A stretch of DNA of 64,000 nucleotides, from positions 2,882 to 66,881 of the forward strand of contig JBDRLG010000126.1 in NCBI GenBank assembly GCA_043813255.1. The letters run 5' to 3'. The notes under the pieces were generated by a model. That model worked only from the letters and a program-made list of their open reading frames with translations. It was not told the origin of the DNA and did not search any database. A program made the position numbers and the translations under genes. Positions 8,193-18,002 of the stretch are shown one piece after another (the first letter of the stretch is position 1; every line of letters starts with the position of its first letter). The DNA comes from Candidatus Omnitrophota bacterium (GTDB lineage: Bacteria > Omnitrophota > Gorgyraeia > Gygaellales > Profunditerraquicolaceae).

Positions 8193-10088
8193 TTATTCAT
8201 AAGAGAGGCTGATCCTGAAAGTTTCTTCATCTTTTTCAAAATTTGGCAGCAACGGGAAAGGGGAAGCTTTTTTGATGCTTGTTACCGCGATTTCATCTAA
8301 ATTTTTATTATTTGAAGATAAAATATAGGGTTCATTTTTTAAATTCCCATTTTGGTTTAACGTGAAAGCTATGGTAGATTCTCCTTTTACAGACTCACCA
8401 GCTTTAATCAAATTAATGAATTGGGTTTTAATTTTATTAAAAATTATTGTTTTATAATCCTGAACAATAGTATTATTGAAAGTATCATTTTTTAATCGAT
8501 TAAATGATTCTTTTTGAATATTGTTTATGTCTTTGTCTTCTGTATTGCTATTATATTCTAAAGGTTCTTCACCTGTAATAATATGCGGGGTTATAAAAAT
8601 AACTAATTCTGTTTTTGAGGATTCACTTTTTACATTCCCAAATAGAGCCCCTAAATATGGGATATCTCCTAGAATAGGTATTCTTTGTGTTTCTTTGATA
8701 GTTTTATCTTTTTTAAGCCCGGCCATCATTATTGTTGTTCCGTCTTTAATCATAATAGTGCTCTCACTTTCTGATGTCGTAACAATAGGAATTTGAGTAT
8801 GCTGATCCTGCGAAGTAATCTCTTTTTGTTCAGATGAACTTATTTCAGGCCGAATTTTTATAGTGATAAAATTATCACGGTTAATAGTTGGTGTTACATA
8901 AAGTTTTATGCCCACATCAACAAAATTAACTGCTTGTGAAGTAACTGTTGTCCCTGTCCCCCCCTGAGAAGTTGTAGAAGTTATGTATGCTTCTTTTGTC
9001 CCGACTAATATTTTTGCTTCCTGATTGTTTAGAACCATAATCCGCGGGCTGGAGAGTATTTTTGTCTGTCCTATTACTCTAAGGGCTTCTACTACTGATT
9101 TGTATTGCCCTTGTTTATCTACTGCCGCATCTGGATCTGTTGCCGCAAGCCCAAAGGCTAATGAGTTGGCTATAGGAGCAGTAGCGCTGGTAAGCGCTGG
9201 AGCGGGCAAACTGCTGATTATACGGGTATTTTTTCTTATCCACCAATTCCAGTCTATCCCCATAGAAAATTCATCTTTTTTAGGAGAGACTTCTACTATT
9301 TGAGCGTCTATTAATACTTGCGGGGTTTTTTCATCGAAAGCAGCGATAATTTTTTCTATTTTAGCAATATTTTCAGGATAATCAGTTATTGCTACTTTAT
9401 TAGTCCTTTCATCAATTCTTATAGAACCAATGCCTTTTGTTATGGATTGCTGGAGTTTCTCATTGATTTTTTCCGCCTGAGCGTAATTCAGGCTAAATAC
9501 TTTACTTTCTAAAGGCCGGTCTAATTCTGAAATTAGTTCCGCTATACTTTTTAATTTTTCCGGTATATCTAAGATGATTACTGTATTTGTAGGTTCGTCA
9601 ACTACTACCCTGCCAATACTGGATTTCATTTGATTTAAAGCCTGAGATAATACTGTTGCTTTGGCATATTTTAGCGTAATATTCAAGATTTCTTTTTTAT
9701 CACCAAATTTATCGCCATAAGTCAACTCATAATCACGGGAAGTCATAATATTTACAATATCGCCTTTTATATCATAAGCAAGGTCATTTGCCGCTATAAT
9801 AATTTGAAAAGCATCGCTAATATTTACATCTTTTAAGAAAAGCGTAACTCTGCCAGTAACATTTTTTCCTATGACAACATTCATTCCTGAGCGGGTTGCC
9901 AGGATTTTTAACACATCGATTATATCCATCCCTTTTACATCGAGGGATATTTTTTCCTGGTTATTTAATATAGGGATAATAGTTGTTTCTGAAGGGCCAG
10001 CAAGAATTTCTTTTTCCGGGATAAATAACGGGATAGATAGTAATAAAAACAAAAAAACTGACAGAAAAAAAGATGATTTTTTTTTCAT
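8193..10088 (-). CDS. Secretin (GspD/PilQ family) with C-terminal TonB-C-like domain
   Basis: The secretin signature is RIPILGDIPYLGALFGNVKSESSKTELVIFITPHII. I place the start at MKKKSSFFLSVFLFLLL (ATG 10088), which has an RBS AAGGGGA and a signal peptide, rather than the track start 10154. The C-terminal ~120 aa (GESTIAFTLNQNGNLKNEPYILSSNNKNLDEIAVTSIKKASPFPLLP) resemble TonB C-terminal domain consensus. Confidence 0.8.
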   Translation of the reverse strand: MKKKSSFFLSVFLFLLLSIPLFIPEKEILAGPSETTIIPILNNQEKISLDVKGMDIIDVLKILATRSGMNVVIGKNVTGRVTLFLKDVNISDAFQIIIAANDLAYDIKGDIVNIMTSRDYELTYGDKFGDKKEILNITLKYAKATVLSQALNQMKSSIGRVVVDEPTNTVIILDIPEKLKSIAELISELDRPLESKVFSLNYAQAEKINEKLQQSITKGIGSIRIDERTNKVAITDYPENIAKIEKIIAAFDEKTPQVLIDAQIVEVSPKKDEFSMGIDWNWWIRKNTRIISSLPAPALTSATAPIANSLAFGLAATDPDAAVDKQGQYKSVVEALRVIGQTKILSSPRIMVLNNQEAKILVGTKEAYITSTTSQGGTGTTVTSQAVNFVDVGIKLYVTPTINRDNFITIKIRPEISSSEQKEITSQDQHTQIPIVTTSESESTIMIKDGTTIMMAGLKKDKTIKETQRIPILGDIPYLGALFGNVKSESSKTELVIFITPHIITGEEPLEYNSNTEDKDINNIQKESFNRLKNDTFNNTIVQDYKTIIFNKIKTQFINLIKAGESVKGESTIAFTLNQNGNLKNEPYILSSNNKNLDEIAVTSIKKASPFPLLPNFEKDEETFRISLSYE

Positions 10089-10125
10089 GCTAATCCCCTT
10101 TTTTGTCCTAAATGTATATTTGGTT

Positions 10126-10782
10126 TTATAAATAAAGTTCATATTTTTGTCCATTATTAGTTAGAACAATTTTACCTTCTTGTATATCAGTTATTTCATA
10201 TTCTTCTATAAACTGGCCTTTTTGCAGATAATATGTCTTTTGGGCTTTTTTGTCTTCAATAATAGCTTGTGGGTTTTCCCCTGCAATTATTCCTACTAAA
10301 TTAAGATTCTTTAATAAATCACTGGTTACTGCCGCGCTAGCCTTGTTTTCTTTAGCAGCAACCGGGCTATTGAAAATCTGGCGGTTCCCGGTTTCTTCCA
10401 AATAAAATTCCAAAGAAGGTGCTTCTTTTCTTTCTTGGGCCTTTTCTTCTTGTTGTGTCTTCTCTGATGAAACTATAACAGGCGTTTTGAATGTTTTAAC
10501 TAAAAACAGTGAATATACTAAAGAGTATATTAAATATATTAAAGATAATACTACTATAAATATGATTATATTACGAAGTGAGAATATAGTCAAATATTTA
10601 GCTTTAAAATCCAGTACAGTTATTTTTTTTACGGATTTTTTATCTATAATAGGAATTTCTGAAGATAAAACAGTATTTTTTTCTGAAGAAGAAACTTGTT
10701 TTGAAGAAGTTGCAATATTACGGTTTTTAGGAGTTTTTATTAAATGCAACAGCCTTTCTTCAGGAGAAATATCGTCTTTCAT
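10126..10782 (-). CDS. Secretin-associated bitopic membrane protein (GspB/GspC/PilP-like)
   Basis: 218 aa with a single TM helix. The C-terminal beta-rich segment NLVGIIAGENPQAIIEDKKAQKTYYLQKGQFIEEYEITDIQEGKIVLTNNGQKYEL resembles PilP/GspC HR domains. It lies between the ExeA-like ATPase and the secretin. Confidence 0.35.
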   Translation of the reverse strand: MKDDISPEERLLHLIKTPKNRNIATSSKQVSSSEKNTVLSSEIPIIDKKSVKKITVLDFKAKYLTIFSLRNIIIFIVVLSLIYLIYSLVYSLFLVKTFKTPVIVSSEKTQQEEKAQERKEAPSLEFYLEETGNRQIFNSPVAAKENKASAAVTSDLLKNLNLVGIIAGENPQAIIEDKKAQKTYYLQKGQFIEEYEITDIQEGKIVLTNNGQKYELYL

Positions 10783-11597
10783 AGAATTAAATCCCGTTGT
10801 ATTACATCTGTAATTATTTTTTCATCTATTGTTTGAGTGTCATTCATTATAAGTGTTTCTAACGCGTTATGACAAAGCATAGTTATCCGCCTAGGGCATC
10901 CGCTGCTATATTTATAAATCATTTTTATAGCATCTTCCATAAAAATTGAAGTTTGGTTTTTAAACCCTGCCTGTTTTAATCTGAATTCAATTAGTTGTTT
11001 TGTTTCATTTTCATCAAGAGGCGTAATAACATACTTTGCAGCAATACGGTCTAAAAAATTTCTTATTTTTTTTATACGAGGCACCAGTTCCAATTGCGCC
11101 ATAATCACTAATTGCAATAATTTATGTTCATTTGTTTCATAATTAAGCAGCATTCTGAGTATTTCCAGGTTTTCAGAAGATATTTTTTGGCCTTCATCAA
11201 CTATTAAAACAACAGTTTTATTCTCTTCTATAGCTTTTTGAAATAAATATTTTTCAATAGCCTCTTTGAAATCTAAACTTGATCTGGATTTAGGGGGAAT
11301 ATTAAATATTTTTACTAAATGGAGTAGAAATTGGAGTTCAGTTTTATGTCCGGCATCAAGTAAAAGATGCAGCACGAAATCATCTTCACCTTCAAATGTT
11401 TTTAATAATGCCCGTGAAAGAGTGGTTTTCCCTGTTCCAACATCACCTAAAACAAGGCATAATCCTCTGCGTAGACGGATAGCTATTTCAAGACGCTTAA
11501 GAATAGTGCCATGAGTATTAGAGCGGTATAGGAAATTAGGGTCAGGGCTGGTAGAGAACGGTTCTTTTTCTAAGCCTATAGTTTTATAATAACTCAT
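10779..11597 (-). CDS. ExeA/GspA-like AAA+ ATPase (secretin assembly factor)
   Basis: 272 aa. Walker A GDVGTGKTT and Walker B LIVDEGQ are present. The architecture is ExeA-like and the gene is next to a secretin. Confidence 0.75.
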   Translation of the reverse strand: MSYYKTIGLEKEPFSTSPDPNFLYRSNTHGTILKRLEIAIRLRRGLCLVLGDVGTGKTTLSRALLKTFEGEDDFVLHLLLDAGHKTELQFLLHLVKIFNIPPKSRSSLDFKEAIEKYLFQKAIEENKTVVLIVDEGQKISSENLEILRMLLNYETNEHKLLQLVIMAQLELVPRIKKIRNFLDRIAAKYVITPLDENETKQLIEFRLKQAGFKNQTSIFMEDAIKMIYKYSSGCPRRITMLCHNALETLIMNDTQTIDEKIITDVIQRDLIL

Positions 11598-11694
11598 TAT
11601 ATTTAATTCTTTAGAAATGCGTTAACTTATTTAAAGTATATAAGTTAAAAATAATCTCCTCTAACTAGAAAGTATATTAGTTTTGAATGGTTTG

Positions 11695-12678
11695 TCAAGC
11701 TAATTTACTTTTATTGATTAATTTTTTCTTTAAAATAATCCTTTTTTTAAGAATTGTTTTAAAAGGAACCGGCTGGAGATAAATTTTTTTGAATGATTTA
11801 AATTTGAAGAGTAATATATGAATTAAAGCTAATAAGTCATAAAAAGTAATAAATGGAGATAATAAGAATATCCTGAATAAGTTGTCATTTTTTAATATGC
11901 TAAGCTGCCTATTTTTAATTAGATGAAAAAGCAGCGTATCATTTATAGAGAAACGTGCGAATTTTATGATTTCAGTTTTATTTTTGCGAGCTGTCCCCCC
12001 TCTTTTGTGATAAACTACTGCTTCTGGAATAAAATAAGCCTTCCAGCCAAAATTATAAGCCCTCCACGCGATATCCAGGTCTTCATAATAAAAATGAAAA
12101 TCTGAATCGAAATACTCGGAATTTATTTTAATCTGTTCAAGCATCTGCCTGCGGTAGAATGCGGCCGCTCCGCTTACTCCGAATATATACCCTTGAGAGT
12201 CATATTGTTTTTTATCTAGTTTTCCATACCCTCTTTCTTTAGCAGTGCGCCAGATAGTAAGAAAAAGCCCGGTACTGTCTATGGTTTTTTTGTCAAAACG
12301 CAGAATCTTTCCGCTGATCATTCCTATCTTGGGGGATATATTGAATCCATTAACTGCTAAGGTGATAAAATTTTTATCCAGTATGATATCGTCATTAAGG
12401 CAGAGAATGAATTCCCCATTACTTAAAGATATTCCTTTATTCAGCGCATTGGAATAATATAGATTCTCAGTGCTGCTATACAACTTGATTTGTGGATAAA
12501 GTTTATTAAGATTCCTGCCGAAATTGGAATCGCATGAGTTAGCTATAACAATAGTTTCAAGATGAGGATAAGACTGATCTTTAACCGAATCCAGGCAATT
12601 GAGGAAATTGAGGATATAGTTATTGATTTCCGCAGTTACAATAATAATACTTACCAATTGATTTGACATTTTATCCAT
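11695..12678 (-). CDS. GT2 glycosyltransferase (rhamnosyl/hexosyl transferase type)
   Basis: 327 aa. Contains LVSIIIVTAEINNYILNFLNCLDSVKDQSY and a DXD region. The likely true start is MSNQLVSIII. It is divergent from the ligase-like gene, leaving only a 21-bp gap. Confidence 0.8.
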   Translation of the reverse strand: MDKMSNQLVSIIIVTAEINNYILNFLNCLDSVKDQSYPHLETIVIANSCDSNFGRNLNKLYPQIKLYSSTENLYYSNALNKGISLSNGEFILCLNDDIILDKNFITLAVNGFNISPKIGMISGKILRFDKKTIDSTGLFLTIWRTAKERGYGKLDKKQYDSQGYIFGVSGAAAFYRRQMLEQIKINSEYFDSDFHFYYEDLDIAWRAYNFGWKAYFIPEAVVYHKRGGTARKNKTEIIKFARFSINDTLLFHLIKNRQLSILKNDNLFRIFLLSPFITFYDLLALIHILLFKFKSFKKIYLQPVPFKTILKKRIILKKKLINKSKLA

Positions 12679-12699
12679 TTGAATTAAAATTATAACATA

Positions 12700-13818
12700 A
12701 TGTTTAATATACTTCTAATATTTATCTTTTTACGCCCCTTTATTTCTTCCGTGGCTTATCCTTTAGAAAACAGTATTTATTCAGTATTGTTATTTCTTTT
12801 TTTAGTTAGTTATCTTTTTCTAAAAAAGTTTGAATTAAATAAACTGCAAAGAATTAAATATCCTCTTATTTTCTTTTTGTTAAGTTTGATTATTTCTTTT
12901 ATTTTCTCTTCTTCAAAATTGAACAGCTCTTTGCGGATATTCGATTATATTTTAGGGTTATTATTGTTTTTTAGTATGTTTTCGATTTCTGCTGAAAATA
13001 AAATTCGGGTAATCCAGACAATTATTTTAAGCGGGTTGGTGGTAAGTTTTTTGGCAATTTATCAGTATTTTTTCGGCTTTCAACATTTGTCAGCTTATAT
13101 TGCTAAGAAAGGGATAGATAATTCTTTTATTATAGATTGTGTTAACCAAAAAAGAGTTTTTTTCCCTTTTATGACTCCGAATATCCTATCTGGATTTTTA
13201 GCTTTGAGCATAGTATTTATTCCTGTAATAAAACATAAAATAAAATGGTTATTTTTTCTTACAATGTTTATTGCGCTTATTCTTACTAGATCTTTAGGGG
13301 GAATCTTAAGTATCATTTTGGCAATTATAATATTAAACTTTATTCAGAGAAAATTATTCCGGAGATACTATTATTTAATAGTTATCTTTATTCTTTCTTT
13401 AGTTTCTATTTTTATATTAAGACAATTTTCTCTAAAAGAGCAATTTTTGCCTTTATTCTCTTTTTTAAGTAGGATAGAATATTGGAAAGAGACGATAGAT
13501 ATAATAAAACTTCATCCTTTTACAGGTATAGGTTTAGGTAATTTAAATTTATCTATGAGCCGTTATGCGCATAATCTATATTTACAGTTATGGGCAGAAA
13601 CAGGGATTTTGGGACTCTTTTCATTTCTATGGTTAGTTGGGGCTGTTTTGAAATACAATATAAAATATATCAAAGATTTTGGATGTAATTATATAAATCT
13701 AAATATATTACTTTTAGTAGCTGTTATACTTTTCTTAATAGACAATTTTATAAGTTTCAGCTTTTTTCTTCCGGAGGTTTCTTTTATTTGGTGGATAATA
13801 TTAGGTTTGAGTATATGA
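12700..13818 (+). CDS. O-antigen ligase/polymerase family membrane protein (WaaL/Wzy-like)
   Basis: 372 aa with about 10 TM helices, including a periplasmic loop with ...TGIGLGNL.... The topology is consistent with the O-antigen ligase domain family. It is one of only two plus-strand genes. Confidence 0.55.
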   Translation: MFNILLIFIFLRPFISSVAYPLENSIYSVLLFLFLVSYLFLKKFELNKLQRIKYPLIFFLLSLIISFIFSSSKLNSSLRIFDYILGLLLFFSMFSISAENKIRVIQTIILSGLVVSFLAIYQYFFGFQHLSAYIAKKGIDNSFIIDCVNQKRVFFPFMTPNILSGFLALSIVFIPVIKHKIKWLFFLTMFIALILTRSLGGILSIILAIIILNFIQRKLFRRYYYLIVIFILSLVSIFILRQFSLKEQFLPLFSFLSRIEYWKETIDIIKLHPFTGIGLGNLNLSMSRYAHNLYLQLWAETGILGLFSFLWLVGAVLKYNIKYIKDFGCNYINLNILLLVAVILFLIDNFISFSFFLPEVSFIWWIILGLSI

Positions 13819-14831
13819 AACTGAAAATTCTCGCGCATAAATATTTTAGTCTGTGCAGAGCTTTATTATATAAATTTAGGGTAGTTAATTTTTTGAAAAT
13901 GATATCCGCTTATTTAGTAAAGATAACTTATTTTCAAAGTTTGCCTTTTGTTATTCAAATAGAGCCTACAAATAGATGTAATTTGAAATGTTCTTTATGT
14001 ATTACCGGAACTGGAAAATTACGAAGATCCGCAGGAAATATGACTTTTGAGGAATTTGAAAAAATAATAAAAAAAATAGATAAAAATACTTTTTATTTAG
14101 GATTATATAATTTAGGAGAATCTCTCTTAAATCCTGATATATATAAAATGATCATTTACGCTAAGGAAAAGAGAATGTTTACAAGATTAAGTACGAATGC
14201 TTTTTTTGATAATGAAGAGAATATAGTTAAATTAATGAATTCCGGCATAGATGAATTAATTATCTCTTTGGATTGTGCCACCCCGCAAACATATACTAAA
14301 TATAAGGGAATAGATGGTTTCCAGAGAGTTATAAGAAATATAAAATTAATAATAAAAGAACGTGCTAATAAATTAAACCCCATTATTGTATTGCAATTAT
14401 TAATTATGAAAGAAACAGAGAATGAAATTAAAAAATTTAAAGAATTAGCGCATGAGTTAAAAGTAGATAAAACTGTGCTAAAAACATTGCGTATCAATTT
14501 TCCTGGAGTCCCTGGTGATAAAAGTTTTCTCCCAAATAACCTCAGATATATTCGAAAGGCATATATCAATAGAAATGATTCAAGTAACAAATGTTTTCGT
14601 CCATGGGTATCAGCAGTTATTTTATGGGATGGTAGTATTGTGCCGTGTTGTTTTGATATGGAAGGAGAATATAATTTTGGCAATATACATAATCAAACCT
14701 TTGAAGAAATTTGGAGAAATGAAAAATACGTTTCTTTTAGAAAAGAAATATTAAAGATAAATAACCGAATTGGTTTATGTAAAGAATGTAGTTTAAATCA
14801 TCTCTTGCACAATATTAAGCTATATTCATAA
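13815..14831 (+). CDS. Radical SAM protein with SPASM domain
   Basis: Cluster motif IEPTNRCNLKCSLCITG (Cx3Cx2C). The Cys-rich C-terminus is CFRPW...PCCFDMEG...GLCKECS. The start ATG at 13815 overlaps the ligase stop (ATGA coupling). Confidence 0.85.
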   Translation: MKLKILAHKYFSLCRALLYKFRVVNFLKMISAYLVKITYFQSLPFVIQIEPTNRCNLKCSLCITGTGKLRRSAGNMTFEEFEKIIKKIDKNTFYLGLYNLGESLLNPDIYKMIIYAKEKRMFTRLSTNAFFDNEENIVKLMNSGIDELIISLDCATPQTYTKYKGIDGFQRVIRNIKLIIKERANKLNPIIVLQLLIMKETENEIKKFKELAHELKVDKTVLKTLRINFPGVPGDKSFLPNNLRYIRKAYINRNDSSNKCFRPWVSAVILWDGSIVPCCFDMEGEYNFGNIHNQTFEEIWRNEKYVSFRKEILKINNRIGLCKECSLNHLLHNIKLYS

Positions 14832-14840
14832 AAAATTATT

Positions 14841-15542
14841 TTAATAATTTTTTATTTCTTTCCCGTTAATAATTGCTGACTTTAATTCAAGAAGTTTAAA
14901 GTGGAATGTATTATTATCTTTTTTAGTTTCTATGCAAAATTCTTTAATTTTTCCTATATTAGGAGCAAGCCAGATACTGCAATCATAGGTTTTGCATTTA
15001 TTGCCATCTTCTTCTTTATTGGAATAATTTTTAGTAAATTTTAGACAATCTTTAAATTTTCCAGCACTAACTTCTATATCTTCTATGGAATCTAATGTTA
15101 TTATGCCCGCGTCTATTTCTTTTATGCTATTATCATTAGCCCGCATTAAATTAGTGGAATATTCTATGCTTTTTCCTATTTCTATGTTGGGAAATAATAA
15201 CCGCGGGGGAGTATAAATGTAGGAAGTATTGTCATCAAGAACCTTGTATTCTTTTATTCCTTGTGAATCGATAGCTGTATATGTATATTCATCTTCTTCT
15301 GTTGAAGCCGTTATTTTTGTAACTTTAATCCTATTAAATAATTCAGTATTATCTACCGCGATTGTATTTTCTTCCACAATATTTTTTTCATCACTTATTA
15401 CATATGTCCAGCTATTCCCTTGTTCCAATGGATAATATTCTTTTAGGTTAAATGCTAGAGCAAAATTATTACATAAGAATATCATATTTGTTGTCAAAAT
15501 TATAATAGGAATAGTTTTTAAAGAAAGTTTCCTTGTATTCAT
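14841..15542 (-). CDS. Secreted hypothetical protein
   Basis: 233 aa with an N-terminal signal peptide and no recognisable motif. Confidence 0.4.
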   Translation of the reverse strand: MNTRKLSLKTIPIIILTTNMIFLCNNFALAFNLKEYYPLEQGNSWTYVISDEKNIVEENTIAVDNTELFNRIKVTKITASTEEDEYTYTAIDSQGIKEYKVLDDNTSYIYTPPRLLFPNIEIGKSIEYSTNLMRANDNSIKEIDAGIITLDSIEDIEVSAGKFKDCLKFTKNYSNKEEDGNKCKTYDCSIWLAPNIGKIKEFCIETKKDNNTFHFKLLELKSAIINGKEIKNY

Positions 15543-15627
15543 TTATTCTCCCCAGTTCTCAAAAGAAATATAAAATACTTTATTTTCTCAAGTTGTATTA
15601 TTATAACATATTTTTTTTGGAAAAGAA

Positions 15628-17232
15628 TTATAAATAGTGTTTTTGCCAAAAAATATTATCTGTTATTTTAACAATAAAAATATCTTTTTTTTCAAAGACC
15701 TTTTCAGATTTAGGTATTCTTATTAAAGCAAACTTAGGATTACTTGGTATTAAACTGTTTATATACTCATTAAAAGGATTGATATAGAAATTACCTGTTT
15801 TTAAATAATCCCCATTAAAATGAGGGGTATAAACAATAATATGCGTTATATTGTATCTTTTGCAAAAATTATATATTTCTTTAGGAGAGCATGAATAATA
15901 AGCTTTAAAGAAATCATAAGTGCGTTTTTTTATAATAGGGTAATAATTATTATAATATGGTTCAGATGTTTCTTCATTAATCAATACCTTGCGTTTAGCA
16001 AATGTAGGGATATTATCCATTAGGCTGGGATGGCCGGCGATAAGGATGTTTTTGGGCAAAGTTTGGAGGTAATTATAAAGTTCAGGTTGATTCGCTATGA
16101 TATAATATTTTTGTAAGCAAGGAATAAAGTATAGCCCAATTAGAGAAATAGAAATACACAAGATTATTAATTGTGCTTTTAAGGAGGCAGTGTTTTTTCT
16201 TATTATTGCGGCAATATGGGTGCTAATAAATAATATTAAAAAAAGAGGCAGGGAATACCTCATGAATCTTGAGGGGCCATAAAATTTGTACATAAAAATA
16301 TTTGAAATTATAAAAAAGAATAAAGATATAGTTATAAAATACCAGTATTCTTTAGGTAGTTTAATCAGTTTTTTTCTTAAAATAATAATAATAAAAATAG
16401 AAAGGCCTAAAAGAAAAGATAAAGATGAATCCATGGCTAAGCCGCTCTGGTAATTCGTTATTTGTTTTAAAAAAGAAGGGAAAAGAACAGGAGTCCGGCC
16501 TCCTTCGTAGAATTCTTGCATATTTTTCATGCTTTCCAGGCTTATTAGAGAAATATCTTTCAGGGAATAATTTTTTAATAAAATTATAGAAATTATTGAT
16601 GTTATAAATAATAATAACAATATATGTTTAATCTCCCCCTTTTTATTTTTGACTGTTTCTATTAAAAAATAAAATAAATATACAAAAAAACAAATTAGAA
16701 ATAAAGGAGGATAAAATAGAGAAAGTAAAATTAGAGTAAAACTTGACTTAAAAAATTTTCTGTTGGTAAAAAAATATAAGAACATAATAAAAAATAATAT
16801 ACCAAAGTCTGCCCCATCTCCTGTTCCAAAAACAGAAAAAATTTTTCTGCTCCAGCTAGTAAATATAAAAAGTATACTGGCTATTATAGCTGAATATAAG
16901 CCTGTTGAAAAAAAACACAATCTAAATATATAAAACACAGAAAGAGCACATAGAATAAATGGTAAAACTTTAGTTATGGGAATAGGCGAACAAAAAAAAC
17001 TGGTTATAAAGTAAAAAATATTTAATCCCCAGGGATTTTTAGCATAATAAAAATCAGTTATAATATCATTTTTAAAAAGTTCCTTATCCATATATTTTAG
17101 ATAGGGATAAATTGTTTGTCGTATATCATCATTTATTGCATAATTGTTTGAGAGCAAAGGATATTGGCAATATAAAGTAATTAAAAGAGAAAATAATAAA
17201 ATTATACTTAAAGCTATATTTATTTTTTTCAT
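15628..17232 (-). CDS. Polytopic membrane protein, putative GT-C-fold glycosyltransferase (paralog of 40915-42534)
   Basis: 534 aa. The N-terminal ~11 TM region has an acidic NDD motif in the first loop, and there is a C-terminal soluble domain. It shares long identical stretches with the 40915 gene: FAKRKVLINEETSEPYYNNYYPIIKKRTYDFFKAYY versus YSKRKVLINEETSQPMYANFYPVIKERTYNFFKAYY. Confidence 0.45.
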   Translation of the reverse strand: MKKINIALSIILLFSLLITLYCQYPLLSNNYAINDDIRQTIYPYLKYMDKELFKNDIITDFYYAKNPWGLNIFYFITSFFCSPIPITKVLPFILCALSVFYIFRLCFFSTGLYSAIIASILFIFTSWSRKIFSVFGTGDGADFGILFFIMFLYFFTNRKFFKSSFTLILLSLFYPPLFLICFFVYLFYFLIETVKNKKGEIKHILLLLFITSIISIILLKNYSLKDISLISLESMKNMQEFYEGGRTPVLFPSFLKQITNYQSGLAMDSSLSFLLGLSIFIIIILRKKLIKLPKEYWYFITISLFFFIISNIFMYKFYGPSRFMRYSLPLFLILFISTHIAAIIRKNTASLKAQLIILCISISLIGLYFIPCLQKYYIIANQPELYNYLQTLPKNILIAGHPSLMDNIPTFAKRKVLINEETSEPYYNNYYPIIKKRTYDFFKAYYSCSPKEIYNFCKRYNITHIIVYTPHFNGDYLKTGNFYINPFNEYINSLIPSNPKFALIRIPKSEKVFEKKDIFIVKITDNIFWQKHYL

Positions 17233-17234
17233 GT

Positions 17235-18002
17235 CTATGGATGAAATTTTAATTCTTTAATTAGATCCTTAGGGTTAAAGAAATCTTTTATTTTTTCATA
17301 ATTATTTCTGTACAAATAAGAAATATCTAAAATAACTCTTTTCATCCTTCCTAGTAGTCCGTAATGACTTTTTCCATGCCTTCTTTTATTACAAGATATT
17401 TTTACTTCAGTAATAGAGATTTTTTTACCTCTCATTAATAAAGGAATAAACCGGTGTGATTCCCCATATAATTTAATATCTTTAATTAATTCCTGGCGGT
17501 AAGCCCTAAAGCTACAACAAATTTCATGGAGTTCAGTATTAAATAGTATATTAATTATTTTATTAGCAATTAATGAAGGTAATATTTTATTCAGGAAATT
17601 ATCTTCTCTATGATTTTTCCATCCATTTACCAGATCATAGCCATATTCAATTTTCTCTAGGAATTTAGGAATATCATAAGGATTGTGTTGGAGGTCTCCA
17701 TCCATAGTTATAACTATTTCGCCTTTTGAAAAATAAAAACCGGCAGATAAACTGGCAGTCTGCCCATATTTTTTTATTAATTTAATAATATTTAGATTTT
17801 TATCTTTTTTATGAATTTCACATAGATATTGGTAAGTCTTATCATTGCTCCCATCATCTATAAAAATTATTTCATAAGTTTTATTTATAGTATTCAAAAC
17901 CTCCTTTAATTGAGTATAGAGCAAGATTATATTGTCCTCTTCATTATTAACGGGAATTATTATGGATAGGTATTTTTCAGGAGGATAAACAAATTTATTC
18001 AT
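17235..18002 (-). CDS. GT2 polyprenyl-phosphate glycosyltransferase (GtrB/CsbB/ArnC-like)
   Basis: 255 aa. Contains YLSIIIPVNNEEDNI...IIFIDDGSNDKT...ITMDGDLQHNP. Confidence 0.8.
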   Translation of the reverse strand: MNKFVYPPEKYLSIIIPVNNEEDNIILLYTQLKEVLNTINKTYEIIFIDDGSNDKTYQYLCEIHKKDKNLNIIKLIKKYGQTASLSAGFYFSKGEIVITMDGDLQHNPYDIPKFLEKIEYGYDLVNGWKNHREDNFLNKILPSLIANKIINILFNTELHEICCSFRAYRQELIKDIKLYGESHRFIPLLMRGKKISITEVKISCNKRRHGKSHYGLLGRMKRVILDISYLYRNNYEKIKDFFNPKDLIKELKFHP

